Below the pieces are notes generated by a model. It did no database searches. It had not been told where the DNA came from and worked only from the letters and a program-made list of their open reading frames with translations. Made by a program: the position numbers and the translations under genes. From contig CM097885.1 of the NCBI GenBank assembly GCA_044892525.1, positions 16,246,001 through 16,310,000 on the forward strand: 64,000 bases of DNA, written 5' to 3'. This document shows positions 14,904 to 28,547 of this stretch, piece by piece. Origin of the DNA: Schmidtea polychroa (taxonomy: Eukaryota). Position 1 is the stretch's first letter. Every line of letters begins with the position of its first letter.

Positions 14904-15904
14904 AAAAAACATTTCAATAAAGAATTTATTTTGGGTTTTGATTTGTTTTATTGTTTGCCTTTTTTTATTATATTTTTATTATATTTATTATATGAGATTA
15001 TTATTGTGGTAATTATTGTCATTCTCGCCTTCCATCCGATATCATCATCACGTGGCGGAGCGCTCACAGCAAATTGCCAATTGAATATCAACATCAATTA
15101 TATAATTAAATAAAAGCAATTTAATTAAATCAAAAACATTTAATATAAATTAATTTGAATAATTATTATAATTAAATTAATAATTAATTTGAAAGAAATT
15201 AAATTAAAATTCACCCGAATATAAGCGCTGACAAATCGCCTCAACAAATCAAACGCTCCTATGACGAATGGAACTGACGAGAAAAAAGCCGCTGATGTTA
15301 TATGAGTTTTGGATAAATTATTGCTGTAATGAATGGCAGTAAAATGCACCTAAATGCAATACTAACACTGCGTTATATCAAATTGATAAATGCTTTAACA
15401 TTTCGCCAGCTATTTGTGAGGCATTTAAACGAAAATCCGCAACAACAATACTGATCAAATGTTCGAAAATTGCTTTCACGTCTGTTTTGATAAGTCGATT
15501 CGATGAGGGCAATCAATGCTTTCTAAACTCTATAACATTCTGTTACGAATTCTTTTAATAATTAAACGAATTAATTTATTTAATCTTTCATAAAATTTAG
15601 ATCTCTTAAAGGTCTCGAGTCAGATTTACCAATAATATTATTGTTAATATAATAATAATAATAATTGCATTTGTACTGAGATCCTTTTTAAGAGCTAGTG
15701 ACCTGATTTAATATTAAATAATGTAACATTTCATAAATTTATTCACTTTTTCATTCGCTAAATTTTCAAAAAGAATATAATTTAAACAAAAAGGATTTCA
15801 TGTAAATTAATATTTAAATTCACAAATTTGATAAATTTTATAAATGAATTTTACTTATTAACAAACAACGAAATTTATCTTGAATTCTTGAAATTATAAA
15901 ATAA

Positions 15905-16440
15905 AGGGAATCATTTAGGAAATTTATAAATTAGGTTTTAAAGTGAAGTTGAATCCAATACGTAATCTACATCAATACCTTGGGGTGATAAGTGACGGTT
16001 ATGGGGTTTAAGTGTGGTCATTTATAAAATTTATAAATTATTATCTTAAATTAAACGGAAGTTGAGCATACATAATAAAGTAATTAACATTAGCGAAGTT
16101 GGTACTTGATTGATGGTCATATTACTTGAGGGGGTCATAAATAAAATTATAATTTTAAAATCCAAAATTTAAGTTAGACATTTTTAAGTAAACAATTTAC
16201 ATTAATACATTTAGGATGAAAATAGTAGTGGTAGCACTTTAGAGGGTCATAAATAAAATTTGTAAATTATAGTGTTAGAATCAAACTTTAAGTCAGACAT
16301 ATATAAGTAAGCAATATACGTTCATACATTAAGGATGAGATTCGTAGTGGTGGCACTTTAGGGGGTCAAAAATAAAATTTGTAAATTAATATTTTGATTC
16401 TCAAATACAAGTTGAATAAATATATAGATAACCTATATTA
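15905..16440. repeat. Degenerate ~110-120-bp tandem repeat
   Basis: Recurring ggg(g)tcataaataaaatt and agtggtagcactttag motifs; inverted copy at ~44330-44665. Confidence 0.55.
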
Positions 16441-16869
16441 GTGAAATTCTTAATAAGTAGATGACTCCTAAGCAATACACGAAGCAATCAAACACTTCCA
16501 ACATTTACTCGTAGTGTTGGTTACTTAGGGGTGTGTCATTTTAAAGTTTAAATACTTTAGGGGTATTCCTAGGTATTCACTTGACTCTTTCCTAAGAACC
16601 TCCATGACGATTGCAATTGAAACCATTTATGTACCCTTGGCGACGACCATGTTGGTACTGTACACAAAGGTAAAAAACAATGAGCAGGTGAGCTCTATTA
16701 CTTTAATTACTCCCCATTGTATTTTCTTTTCGGGTTCTAAACTGCCGATAGAAGGTCTTATGTCATTATTCACTATGTATGCTGTTTTTAGATTATTTGT
16801 TGTCCTCAATTACGGGTATTTCCATCTATTCTCTTATAAAATTTTGCGCAAGGATCCGCCCTTGGTTTT

Positions 16870-18070
16870 CAAGTAGTTCGTCGAATATTTTCTTAGTTAT
16901 TTCGAGTTTATTTTTCTTTAATTGTCTGACTTTTGCATGGACTGGGTTTCCATTGCTAATTATTATGTGTTCGGTTATGCATTTTGTGTTATTGTTTGCC
17001 TCTAGTATATTTCATTAGGTATATGCCAGTTTGTTTCTGTTTTAATTGTTTTTGTTTCACCGTGTTGGGGTGTTAATACTGCGATGTCACAATTGATTTG
17101 TTTCTTGGATTGTTTATTTTTGTTGTATATATTGTTTGAATTGTTTGGTAAGACCTTTCCATTCTTGCAGTCGACTAGCAGATCGAAGTTTGAGAGGAAA
17201 TCTGCTCCTAAAATGGCTTGTTTGACTTCAGCGATAGTGAATTGCCAATTGTATTGTGTGTTGATGATGGTGATTTTAATGTTTAGGGTTATTCCATGTT
17301 TTATTTCTGTCAAAGCTGTTGTGGCTGTCTGATCTTGTATTTTATCTTGGATAGTTTTGTCTATTTTCATAATATTGCGCTATCCTGGAAACTCTTCTTT
17401 TTAATTCGGTAATGTCTTTTCTTAGACTTTTGTTTACGATAATTATTTCATCGAATTTTGTTACCAAAGTAGAGAGGATTTTGTTCGTTTCTGTAGTTTC
17501 TGAGCTATTGTGTACCATGATTTTTTGGTCGTTGTTTTTGGAATAATCTTTGATTTAGTACGTTTTGCATATTGTCGGGTATATTTCGTCATTGATTTTG
17601 TCTGCTATGTTTGCCAGAATTTCGAGGTCTGTACAGTTGCTGACAACTAGAATCTGGCGTATTTCAGGTGGCATTGCGCGCATGAATAGGTCTTTGATAA
17701 ACTCTTTTGACCCGGTGCTTGTTATTTTGGGTTGTAAGTATTCGAGTTTTGTTTTTAAGTTTTGCAGGAATTCAGACGGTTTGTCGTTACTCAATTGTAA
17801 ATCTTTCAAACAGGATTCGAGTAGTTCTCGTCTGTTTATTTTGTTCCTATTTATTAGGGTATTGTATAAGTTTTCGAAAGTGTTGTCATCCTTTGATATT
17901 TCCTCTATTCTATCGGCTATCTCTTTGAGGATGTTGCTTGGAAGGGTGGCAATTGTGTGAGAGCAAACTGTTTTTGATGCCTGATAGACTTAATGTGAAT
18001 TTGGCGAATTCTAGCCATTTTTGTGGTGTCCCATTTTCGTGTGTAAAGAAGTTTGGGATGTTTGCCTTAG
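16870..18070 (-). mobile_element. Gypsy-type LTR retrotransposon gag-protease fragment
   Basis: Gag-like DKPSEFL..LFMRAMPPEIRQIL..LANIADKI; protease end AILGADFLSNFDLLVD. Confidence 0.75.
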
Positions 18071-18072
18071 GG

Positions 18073-18720
18073 CAGGGGTGGGCAAACTACGTCCCGTCAG
18101 AGTATATTATGCGGCCCGTATGCATGTACATGTGGCGATCCTATGCGAAATTAATTTTCTTTGTTTGGAGCTTAGACTTGCAGTTTTGCCTATATTTTTG
18201 AAATGTACTTCTTATTGCTTTGATTCGAATTTATGGATATTAAATCGATTTTATGGCTCCAGAATATTATTAATTACTGGTCATTACTAATTAACATTGA
18301 AACTGCTTTTCCGCTCAACCAGAAGAGGCTTTTATTTACAATTTACATTTTGAAAGGTTTTGTAAAAATTGTAATTTTAAAGCGAATAGACTTTGAATTA
18401 CCCATGAGTGTTGCTTAAAATAGAAAGATTGAAGACGAATGTCGTGTTTTTAATGTCGAATGGACTGCTAAATACTGCTTCACGAGCGTTGGGAGCAAAG
18501 CAGTCTGCTTCCTGTGCCGTGAGTGAGTGAGCGTCTTTAAAGAGTACCACTTGAAAAGACACCACGAAACAAGACATTTGGATTTCGGGCGCAATTTAAC
18601 AAACGAAGAGAGAAAAAAGAAATGCCAGGAGTTGGTTAATAATTTAAAGAAGCAGCTGCTGTTGAAGAAGTTGAATGAGCTGAATGTTAAACTTCAGGGC
18701 AATAGCTTGTTTGCACATGA
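18073..18720 (+). mobile_element. hAT (Charlie/SPIN/GTF2IRD2-like) 5' end with internally deleted transposase
   Basis: Terminus CAGGGGTGGGCAAACT at 18073; RKIEDECRVFNVEW..VCFLC..KEYHLKRHHETRH. Confidence 0.8.
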
Positions 18721-18768
18721 AAAGGTGCCATGGTTTATAAACAAAGTTGAAAACCTCTATGAATAATA

Positions 18769-19293
18769 ATGTTTCTAAAAGCAAGGGTGAAAAATATTAG
18801 GAAATTAAGAAAAAGTATTAGAAAGAGTATTAAAGTTCCAAAGGTTCCACCAACAACTAGTTATACACCGTCTAAAAAACTTGTAACTGAAAATTTCTCT
18901 GCAATGAATTTTATTTCGAAAAATCCTAAACCTAAACGTAAAACCCGTAAAACCGGTAAAAAAGTAGTTAAAAATCATCGCAGTTTTCCATTTTTTAATG
19001 CATTGTTAAAGGCCCCGAGTATGAAAAGAATGAATATATTGCAATCATTCCCAAATCTTGTTGTCGATGATTTACTCAATATTATACTTAAAGTAGTCAA
19101 AGGCAAAATTAAAATCATTAAATCAAAAAACCATTTATTGAGCAAACATAGGAAACCTTTGTTATCATTAGTAAATAATAAAAATCGTAAGCAAATGAGG
19201 AAAATTATATATAAACAACAAGTTGGATTTATTGGTGCATTGATACCTCTGGCATTATCATTATTAGGTGGAGTTGTAGGAAATCAATCATAA
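18769..19293 (+). CDS. Polinton C basic core-like protein with C-terminal GFIGALIPLALSLLGG segment
   Basis: K/R-rich ORF ending in an adenovirus pX-like hydrophobic motif. Confidence 0.55.
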   Translation: MFLKARVKNIRKLRKSIRKSIKVPKVPPTTSYTPSKKLVTENFSAMNFISKNPKPKRKTRKTGKKVVKNHRSFPFFNALLKAPSMKRMNILQSFPNLVVDDLLNIILKVVKGKIKIIKSKNHLLSKHRKPLLSLVNNKNRKQMRKIIYKQQVGFIGALIPLALSLLGGVVGNQS

Positions 19294-19354
19294 ACAATGG
19301 GTGCTAATCCTTCATTGCCCGTAATTAAATTTAATTTTAAATCTTCTTGTTGTA

Positions 19355-19741
19355 ATGGAGAAGATTTGGACGAACCCAGAAGACGAAGCAGGTTTCGACG
19401 GAGTGGCAAAATTAAAGAAAAGAGTTCCGAATTCAAAAAAAGAAAGCCAGAAGTGGTTATCAGATCAGCTTGCGTACAGTTTGAACAAACCAATGCAAAA
19501 ACGATTCCCAACAAGAGCATATAAAACATATGGAATAAACGATTTATGGCAAATGAATTTGAAGGAGATGATACCATATTCGAAAATTAACAATGGTTAT
19601 AAATATATTTAACATGTATTGATGTATTTAGTCGGTTTGGCCGATCGATTACAGTCAAGGCAAAATCTGCAGATGAAATGTCCAAAGCTGTTAATAATTT
19701 ATTTAAAAAAGGACATCCTAATAACTTGCAAACAGATTTAG

Positions 19742-19785
<44 letters not shown>

Positions 19786-20417
19786 TTAGGTAAAGGATTC
19801 TACAATAGCAAAGTTAAGCAAATCCTCGATAAACTGAAAATAAATCACTACTCGGTACATTCTCAATACAAACGTCCCATGTTGAAAGATTTAATCGAAC
19901 ATTGAGATATAGATTAAAGAAATTGTTCGTGCATCAAGGTAATAAAAAATGGGTAAATGCTTTACCAAAAATAATAACCAGTTATAATCATTCATCACAT
20001 CGAGGTCTGAATGGATTGAGACCAGTTGATATTACATCAAAAACATCATTGACTTCTAAGAAATCTGTAAAAATTGCAAAACCTAAATATAAAGTCGGTG
20101 ACCATGTTAGAATTAGTAAAATTAGTGCATCACCATTTATTAAAGATTTTGATACAAATTGGAGTGATAAAGTCTTTGTAATTTCAAAAATAAATACTAA
20201 AGAGAATCCTGTAATGTATGTCATCAAAGATGATGATAATAATATTGTACAAGGGAAATTTTATGAGCAGGAATTACAAGTTATTCCTCCCCCAAAAGTA
20301 TTTAGAATTCAAAAAATATTGAAAACTAAAAAGGTCGGCAAGGATAAACAATACTATGTCAGATGGCATGGTTATCAAAACCCGTCATGGATATCAGCAA
20401 AAGACCTAGTAAAGTGA
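19355..20417 (+). pseudogene. Polinton C retroviral-like integrase with C-terminal chromodomain
   Basis: LWQMNL (first D replaced by N), IDVFSR, LQTDLG/KGFYN, PKYKVGDHVRI, YYVRWHGY..SWI; two frameshifts. Confidence 0.85.
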
Positions 20418-20896
20418 ATTTCTATACTATTTTGCAGAGCAATAGTTGCCCATTAATTCATCCAGACAATCAAGCAAGCAAATTCATCATCGAACTCCAA
20501 AACCCTATCTATTTGGATAATGACTGGGAAGTTGCTCTGTTGGATTTTACATTTGTATACAATTTATTCCCAATCTATAGCAAATCAGTTATTGAATATA
20601 ATAAGAAAGTAGCAGTAACGGAATATATTAATGTTCTTATTGATAAAGATAGTTATAACTTGACGAGTTCATCGAAATCAAGGAAACCCATAATTTATGA
20701 TGATGGCCAATATTTATACATGAATTGCTTGAATAAGCCATTCGAAATATTATTTTCTACAATGGCTGATGCTAAACGCCTTGGATTTACTGATTTACGT
20801 AATGTATTTAATGATACAGTCAAAGTAAATCTCTCTACACTTCCAAAAACTAATAATTTAGTGGAATTCAAATTAAACTGTCATACTTTGAAATAA
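20410..20896 (+). pseudogene. Polinton C minor capsid (penton) N-terminal fragment
   Basis: FYTILQSN..PDNQASKF..L..PIYL...WEVAL motif. Confidence 0.7.
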
Positions 20897-21662
20897 CTGA
20901 GCAGATAATTTATATATTACAGACCTCGAACAATTACAAACTTATTTAGCTGACAATTGTAGCGAGATTTTAACAGTTTTCGAGCTTCAAAAAGGTACAA
21001 AATGTTTTTCTAAAAAGTTTTTAAAAATAGTTCTTTTTTTCTTACTTTTTACTTTTTATTTTCTAAAAAACTACTTTAGAATTGGGTAAAAAAAACACAC
21101 AAGTTAAACCTACAGTTGGGTATTTTCCGAGAAAATCACATTCTCGAGATTCGGGATTTCCAGAAACAAATTCTACAGAATTCTCGAGAAGTCGAGAAAA
21201 TTTAAAAAACCTGTAAAATATTCTAAAATCAATGTAAAATAAAGAAATTCGAAAAAATATGTTTTTTATTTAAGTAAAAAGTAGTAAACAATTAATTAAA
21301 GTAATTAAAGTTGTAAAAGGTTTCAGCAGAGAACAAATCAATTACATTTTTCTAGAATTCAAAAATCAATTTCCAAGTTTAATTAAAAAAATAGAACAAC
21401 CTACTTCTCGCGTCTGTGTGCGCACACTAACAAAAATCGGATTAACCATACCGCGCGCACAGACGAGATACAAAAACCACCAAACAAATTACCAGTCAGA
21501 GGTAAATGCCCCTGCTGACTGGTCGAAACATTTCCCCTCTCCTTGATCCCTTCCAGTGGATCAACAACCCCATCTAACTCTAAGGAGCAAACCTTGGTTA
21601 TTGTGGTACCAATAACTCTTCATTTGCTCAATCTCCAATAACCCTCACAAACCCATCTTTGT

Positions 21663-22595
21663 ATCACATCTGAGGTTAGTTTTTTTTTCAACATAAAATA
21701 ATATTAAAAATTTGAAAATAATATTGAAAATAGTGTGGGTATCTTATATTTATAAAGTACTTGTATATTTTATTTTATTTATTTTATTTTATTTTATTTT
21801 TTTATTAATTAATTATTTTTTAAACATAAATATGAAAAAAAAAATATTGAAACGGGTGATGGTGGCGAACCGGTAATTATCGCCACCTGTCTTTCGAACA
21901 CCCCCGGATCGATCCCGGTAATGTGCACATTTATTTCTCAGTTGTTTTCGGACCTCTTTCGGATTCGCTTTCGAATTCATTTGTACTTTCGAGCAGCACA
22001 CTTAAAACGCCGTTGAAATCGACTTCGTGAGCGAGAAGCGAATAATAAGGCGTGCTGCTATTATCGGATTGATTCTGATGTATGAGTCTGGCCAGCTTGT
22101 ATATTGGAAGAGATTTGATAAACGAAAGAGGTTGATAAATAAAAAAAAAAATTATCCGGATCAAAAAAAAACTGTTGAGGGGACAGTGAAAAAAAAAAAA
22201 AAAAATACCACTGTCCCCTCAGAGCAGTTTTACTATTTTCATAAAATTTTTTATTTTTAAAACTTACAAAACCTTAAGGTGATCAGGCGACCTAGATCAT
22301 TATGAATTAGGTAATCTGATATTCTTATAACATTAAATCCTTAAGACCAAGTAGTGAGGAATCTATGCACCCCGTTACCTTTTCTCGGAATTACTAATCT
22401 ATAAATACATCTATTCCGAACTTTTTTACTTTTAAGGGAAGAAATTAAGGGTTAATGGCAATAGGGGACAAAGTTTAAAAGTTAAAAAAAGTGAAGAATA
22501 TGGGGTAAAAAAGCATATAAATGTGGAAAATATGGGTCAATAGCGCTGTTTTTTTTTAGGGTGGGGGTGCTGGGGTGCATAGATTCCTCACTACT
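21663..22595 (-). mobile_element. Left-arm remnant of Polinton B
   Basis: Reverse complement of 58786-59718; ends ..CCTCACTACT followed by CCCCTC. Confidence 0.9.
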
Positions 22596-25500
22596 CCCCT
22601 CACCTCCTCTGCCTGAGAAATCCAACTCTTATAACCTTACCCTACTTACCGACTCAATTGAGGAACCCAAAATATATCCCTCAGTTAGACCATCACCGCT
22701 AGATGACTCTGCAACCATAACCCCTGTTAGGTAAGAAAAGAAAACCTACAACTTTTATTTCTCCGAAAACATTGACCTTGATAGATCGTCCCCTATTCCT
22801 AAAAGGCTTATCCCTGTCGAAAACACTGAACGTAAATCACCAAACCTTATAAACCTGAAAGACACTATACCCTCTGATAAAGAGACACCAAAGTACGCAA
22901 CCACATCCACTCCCATCCACCACAGAAACGACATAAAATTCCAAAAAAGCCTAGAGGTTAGAGGTAAAACGTACACTCTTAAACCCCCCCCCCCACCTTA
23001 GATCTCATAAAGACGAGAAAAACTATAATAAATAAAGATACAATGTCCAAAGACATAAATAATGAAATATTATACTACTTTGATCTACGGGGCAAAGTAC
23101 AGTGTCGTGGATGCCACCATACTTCTTTTTGTGGACAAATTTCTGCCACTGATATTGATAGGATTAGGTCACACGCCCAAGAAATTCACAACATCGCTAT
23201 AACCTACGACTCTTTGATTGACTGCCTCCAATGTAGACCCAAAGGGGAAGGAAGCAGATCTATCCTGAACACCATCACCCTTAGAAACCTATATAATCAC
23301 ATTGATCAATTTGAACACCACTGTAGCGTCAGCAAGGACTTCCTTAAGATTATTACCCTGAAAATTGCTTCCACAAACCGTTTTTTATGCCACAATCTAA
23401 ACAAAAACTGCAACAAGTGCTTCCAAACATTCGACATTGACACCCCCTTAGATACAATAAGCACACATAAGTCAAAACACCATAAAAATTTAAAATTCGA
23501 CATTAACTTAAAAATCTATTGCTTTTGTGGAGAGTGGATAAAATATCAAGACTCCAAAAACCATATCGAGGGTAATCACCCCAACAGCCCAAACAATATT
23601 GATCAATATACCAATACAAATGAATTAAATAATACTAATAAAAATAATCTCTTTATTGATATTCTGGATACCCAAAACCCCAAAATAACCCCAAATAATG
23701 AAATCGTCTCGAGAGACATACCTGACAATATTCTATTCTCCAATAACATTGATAAAGAGACCACATGATGGTCACAACATACTATTAAGGCTTTCATCTT
23801 TTCTTTTGCCATCAGACCAACTACTATCTTTGTAGACCCTTATATAGGTAATGCCCTAATACAACATAACTTCAAAACCTTCTTCGAAACCTTTCCTTTC
23901 AAAGATTTCTCCGATTGGAACGAGATCATAATGCCAATGTGTCATGCTAAAGACAACTGGTTTTTCTTCTTTCTAGATAAGCATCGACAACTCGCAGTTC
24001 TTATTGACCCTTTAACCGATGAAAGCCTCTCTACTCATCATTCCCTTGCCAATAGCATTCTTGAAACCATCTTGGACTTACAAAAAATTGTTTCTCCTAT
24101 CGACATACAACTCCAATACCTTGAATACCCTAGATGCAGCACTCCTAATGAATCAGCCTTTTTTGTATGTCACATGATAGAATGCCTGATGAAAAATGAT
24201 AGGATTACCTCGCCTAGTATCCAGAATATGATTAATAGAATCAAAATTATCATCAATAAAATTTTAAATAATAGAATTGCTAGTGATGATGTTCGAAAAT
24301 ATCGACCATTCATCAATAGCCTCATAATTAATTTAAATACAGATGCGACCGACTGCGATACAGTCCTCTGTGAAATAGAAAAGATAAATGAAAATATTAA
24401 TGCCTTAAAATACAATAATAAAAAACCGGCTGACATCATTCATAAGAGGAAAAAACTTGACAACGAACTATTAGTTATTAAAAGGAACAGATACAAATTT
24501 GACCCCAAGGAGGAGATCTCTAAGATCCTAAATAATGAATGTAACTTTCAAAAACCTACTATGACCAATATTCTCAAACTGTTTGCAGGGAAATTAGTCA
24601 CCTCAAATCCGCTCTCTATTAACCTCCTTTGCTCCTTCCCAGAAAATCACTCCTCTACTCCCTTTGATACTGATGAGATCAAATACATCTTCTCCAATCT
24701 TGACAATACCGCTCCAGGCTTAGATCTTATCACACTTGCCAATTGGAAAAAAATATCACCAGACTTCGAACTTCTTCTCTCTATATGTAATAACATCCAA
24801 AGGAGTTCCCTCTGTCCATCTACATGGAAAACCTTCCGAACAAAACTCATCCTCAAAGCCGGTAAGAATGAGATAAGCCACGAGGCCAGCTCATGGAGAC
24901 CGATCTCCATCATGAATACAGCATACCGCGTTTTCTCCTCACTTCTTAATAACAGACTCCTTGGATGGATCAAAGAGGGTAATCTTATCTCAAAAAATCA
25001 GAAAGCAATCGGCACTCCCGATGGATGCGCTGAACACAATCTTATCCTTCAACTCATTAAGGATGCCTCCATACGAAACAAATCAGACCTTCATATTGTC
25101 TGGCTGGATATCACTGATGCCTTTGGCTCTTTACCACATGACCTCATCTGGCATACTCTCTCTACAATAGGTTTACACCCTAACACCATTAGGCTGATAA
25201 ACAATATGTACGACAATGTTAAGACCATCTTTGACTGCGAAGGTGAAAAATCGCCCTCAGTCCCCATCCTGAAAGGAGTGAAACAAGGATGCCCACTCTC
25301 CATGACTCTTTTCTGCCTCTCTATCGACTATATTATTAAAAATATCCTTCTCTCTCACCCCTTCATGTTTGGTGATATGAATATTGGTATTTTAGCATAC
25401 GCGGATGACATCGTACTGATCTCAGACTCTTACCCATCAATCACCTCTGCTCTCCTTGAAACTATTCGTCTCGCCTCACTAGCCAATCTAAAATTTAAAC

Positions 25501-27430
25501 CTTCGAAATCTGGTTACTTCCACCTAAATGACCACCAACCAATTAAACTATATAATGAGATTATTCCAAAAGTAGATGACTCAAACTTCTACAGATACCT
25601 AGGAGTAAACTTTGCCTATAAGAAAAGACACAACATTGATGAAAGACTTGAACTCGCTATTAATGATACCGAAAAAATCCTAAACTCACATCTTCACCCA
25701 TCTCAGAAGATTAATGCCTTCAAGATATTCATACACTCTCGATTGATCTTTCCTTTCCGTAATTGTGAAATTCTCCATAAAATACTAGACTCTCATAAGG
25801 ATACCATCATAAAAGATCGTGTCCCCCAAAAAGGTTTTGACAATAAGATAAGAAAAATGATAAAAACCTCTCTGGGGGATAAACTCTTGCAATTTAACAA
25901 CAACTTCCTATACGCCTCTATAAAAATGGGCGGAATTGGTCTTACCGCTGCAATTGACGAATATATCATACAAAGCATAGTACACCTCTCACGTGCTCTA
26001 AACTCATCAGATCTCACCTTTCGTAATCTTGTCCTCTCAGAACTTGCGTTAGCACGTGGCCAAGGCAACCTCGAAGCTGCAATATAGTGGATTAATGGTA
26101 ACATCTCTAAATCCTTTCCAACTCATTCCATCTTCTCGGAATTCAGGAAATCTGTCGATCTGCTTCGTAGGAAATATGGGATACATGCAAAAATCGTACT
26201 TATGGAAGACCTATACCAACTTGAAATCAAATATAAAGAGAGAATTAATTACTTTAATGAACATAACATGAAGGACATCTCCTCTGAACTACATTGCATC
26301 ATCGGTTTTATACATGCAGAAAAATGGACGATCTTAACATGTCAGGGTCATATTGCCAAATCCATCACTGATAGCAGCACTGCTGACTTCCTCCTCAAAT
26401 CTGATACACTTAGTGACGCCCAATACTTCTTCCTTGTTAGGGCTCGCAACAACCTGCTGAAGTTAAATTTCACACCTCATCGACTGTAAAGTAAAAAATC
26501 TATCCTCTGTAGGCAATGCAACTCACACCCCGAAACACAGGCCCACATATTCAACCATTGCCCTGCGAAAATTAATGCGCGCAGAAATAAGCACTCCCGT
26601 GTCCTTGAAGCGGTATGTGAATGTCTCTCTAATTATAACTTTCACTTAGACATTGAAATTTCACCTCAGGGTGTAAATACAACTCTTAAACCTGACATTC
26701 TCATAAAATCCTCTAGAAATAAAGACATTCATCTACTCGACATAAAAGTCCCCTACGAACAAAAAGAAAACTTTAAAACTGCAGTTAAAAATAACTATAT
26801 TAAATACGCTAACCTGGCCATAGATATTGAGAAATCATACAAAACCAAAACTACTATCTCAGCCTTGGTAATCGGTACTCTGGGATCCTGGGATAGTAAC
26901 AATAACCAGGTACTTAAAAAAATAGGCCTCACGAAACAAGAAATTATAGGTCTAGCTCGGAAAGCCTGCACGGCTGCCGTCATAAGTAGCTACCATATCT
27001 TAAGAGAACACACCCTCAAAGACTAATATTTTTATTTATACATATTTGTACTCAACGCATTGATTACTATCTATATTGTACATTATGGCTATATTATATT
27101 CATATTAAACTATCTTCCTAAGTATTACACTCAATAATTAATTAATATCTATCATAGAAAATCCTCCTTGGGCGTCGACACATCCTTTATTATATACTAT
27201 TATAAACTTATTATTAAAAGTACTTATATGGTAACAATATTGTACATTATGGCTCTATTATATTATTAAATAAATAAACCAATGATAAATTAATATATAC
27301 TTATAAAATAAAATTACAATAGCATTGTTGAACCTCTAACTTAATTCTCATCTCAACTTGTGACTTTCCTATCTTAAAATCATCATAAAACACAAAACTC
27401 CACTACTATATTAATATGCTAGTATAAACA
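22596..27430 (+). mobile_element. NeSL-like RLE non-LTR retrotransposon (Zn fingers, Ulp1-like domain, RT, CCHC, PD-D/ExK endonuclease), copy 1
   Basis: One frame 23043-27026 with only in-frame stops at 23766, 26085 and 26487; YADD, CRQC..ETQAHIFNHC, KPDIL..LDIKVPYE, IGTLGSW. Confidence 0.9.
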
Positions 27431-27498
27431 TTATTCTATGTTATTATTATCTATATTATTGTTATCATTATTATTATTATTATTATTGTTAATATTAC

Positions 27499-27586
<88 letters not shown>

Positions 27587-27619
27587 ATTATTATTATTAT
27601 TACTCTTAATTATTATTAA

Positions 27620-27694
<75 letters not shown>

Positions 27695-27764
27695 TATTTT
27701 TATTATTATTACTACTATTATCATTATTATTATTACTCTTAATATTACTATTTGTTACTGTTGC

Positions 27765-27824
<60 letters not shown>

Positions 27825-27860
27825 TATTATTATTATTATTATTAATATTATTATTATTAC

Positions 27861-27927
<67 letters not shown>

Positions 27928-27950
27928 ATTACTACTATTATTATTATACA
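27430..27950. repeat. (ATT)n microsatellite tract
   Basis: Directly visible; source of the poly-I/L/N/Y ORFs. Confidence 0.98.
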
Positions 27951-28260
27951 TATCATCATTTATAATTACGGTACTACCTGTCAATCACCGAATGGGTTAA
28001 TGTAGGAACCCTTGTAGGGGTTCTGCCTATTTGGTGGTCTTTTTAGTTGTTCATATTAATACTATAATCATTTGTACTATACTATCTCTACTATAATCAA
28101 AAAAAAACATGTTCTCCCCTTCGGCTGGAAGCCAAGAAGATTTTACTAAAATAAAATTTGATTTTTTTTTTTTTTTTTTACAATTATTATTATTATGATG
28201 CTGATGATGATGATGATGATGATTAGCAACGGTAATAGCAACACATTGGTATCACCCCTC

Positions 28261-28547
28261 AGTAGTGGGGATATATCCCTAACGACCACAGGCCTCCCAC
28301 TGTTTTCATGTTTTATGGCCATTTTACCCCCAAAAACGTACAAAAAAACACTAAAAACCCTTAAAAACCTATATCTTTTAATTTCTTTATTCTGAAGACA
28401 TTTTGGTTTCAAAATAAAGACTTAAAAAAAAACAACAAAAATATTAAAAAAACAACAAAAATATTAATAAAACGGGGAAAAAAATACTGATAAAACTATG
28501 AAAAACGTTTGTCGGCTTGCGGTCGTTAGGGATATAAACACACTACT
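28261..28547 (+). repeat. Left terminal module of A, itself bounded by inverted repeats
   Basis: Ends in gcggtcgttagggatataaacacactact, an inverted copy of the terminus. Confidence 0.9.

Larger units (their letters stand above)
18720..20990 (+). mobile_element. Decayed Polinton C fragment, a different lineage from A and B
   Basis: Basic ORF with pX-like tail, integrase with chromodomain, then penton N-terminus; no termini visible. Confidence 0.8.

Noticed and set aside
22070..22130. Hammerhead ribozyme (CTGATG..GAAA)
   Set aside because: Core CUGANGA is not intact and flanking stems could not be built
23766..26489. Programmed readthrough or alternative genetic code in the retrotransposon ORF
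   Set aside because: Three different stop types, shared only because the copies are a DNA duplication; neighbouring genes use the standard code
27431..28000. Poly-I/L/N/Y ORFs here and at 53397-53954
   Set aside because: Translations of the (ATT)n microsatellite
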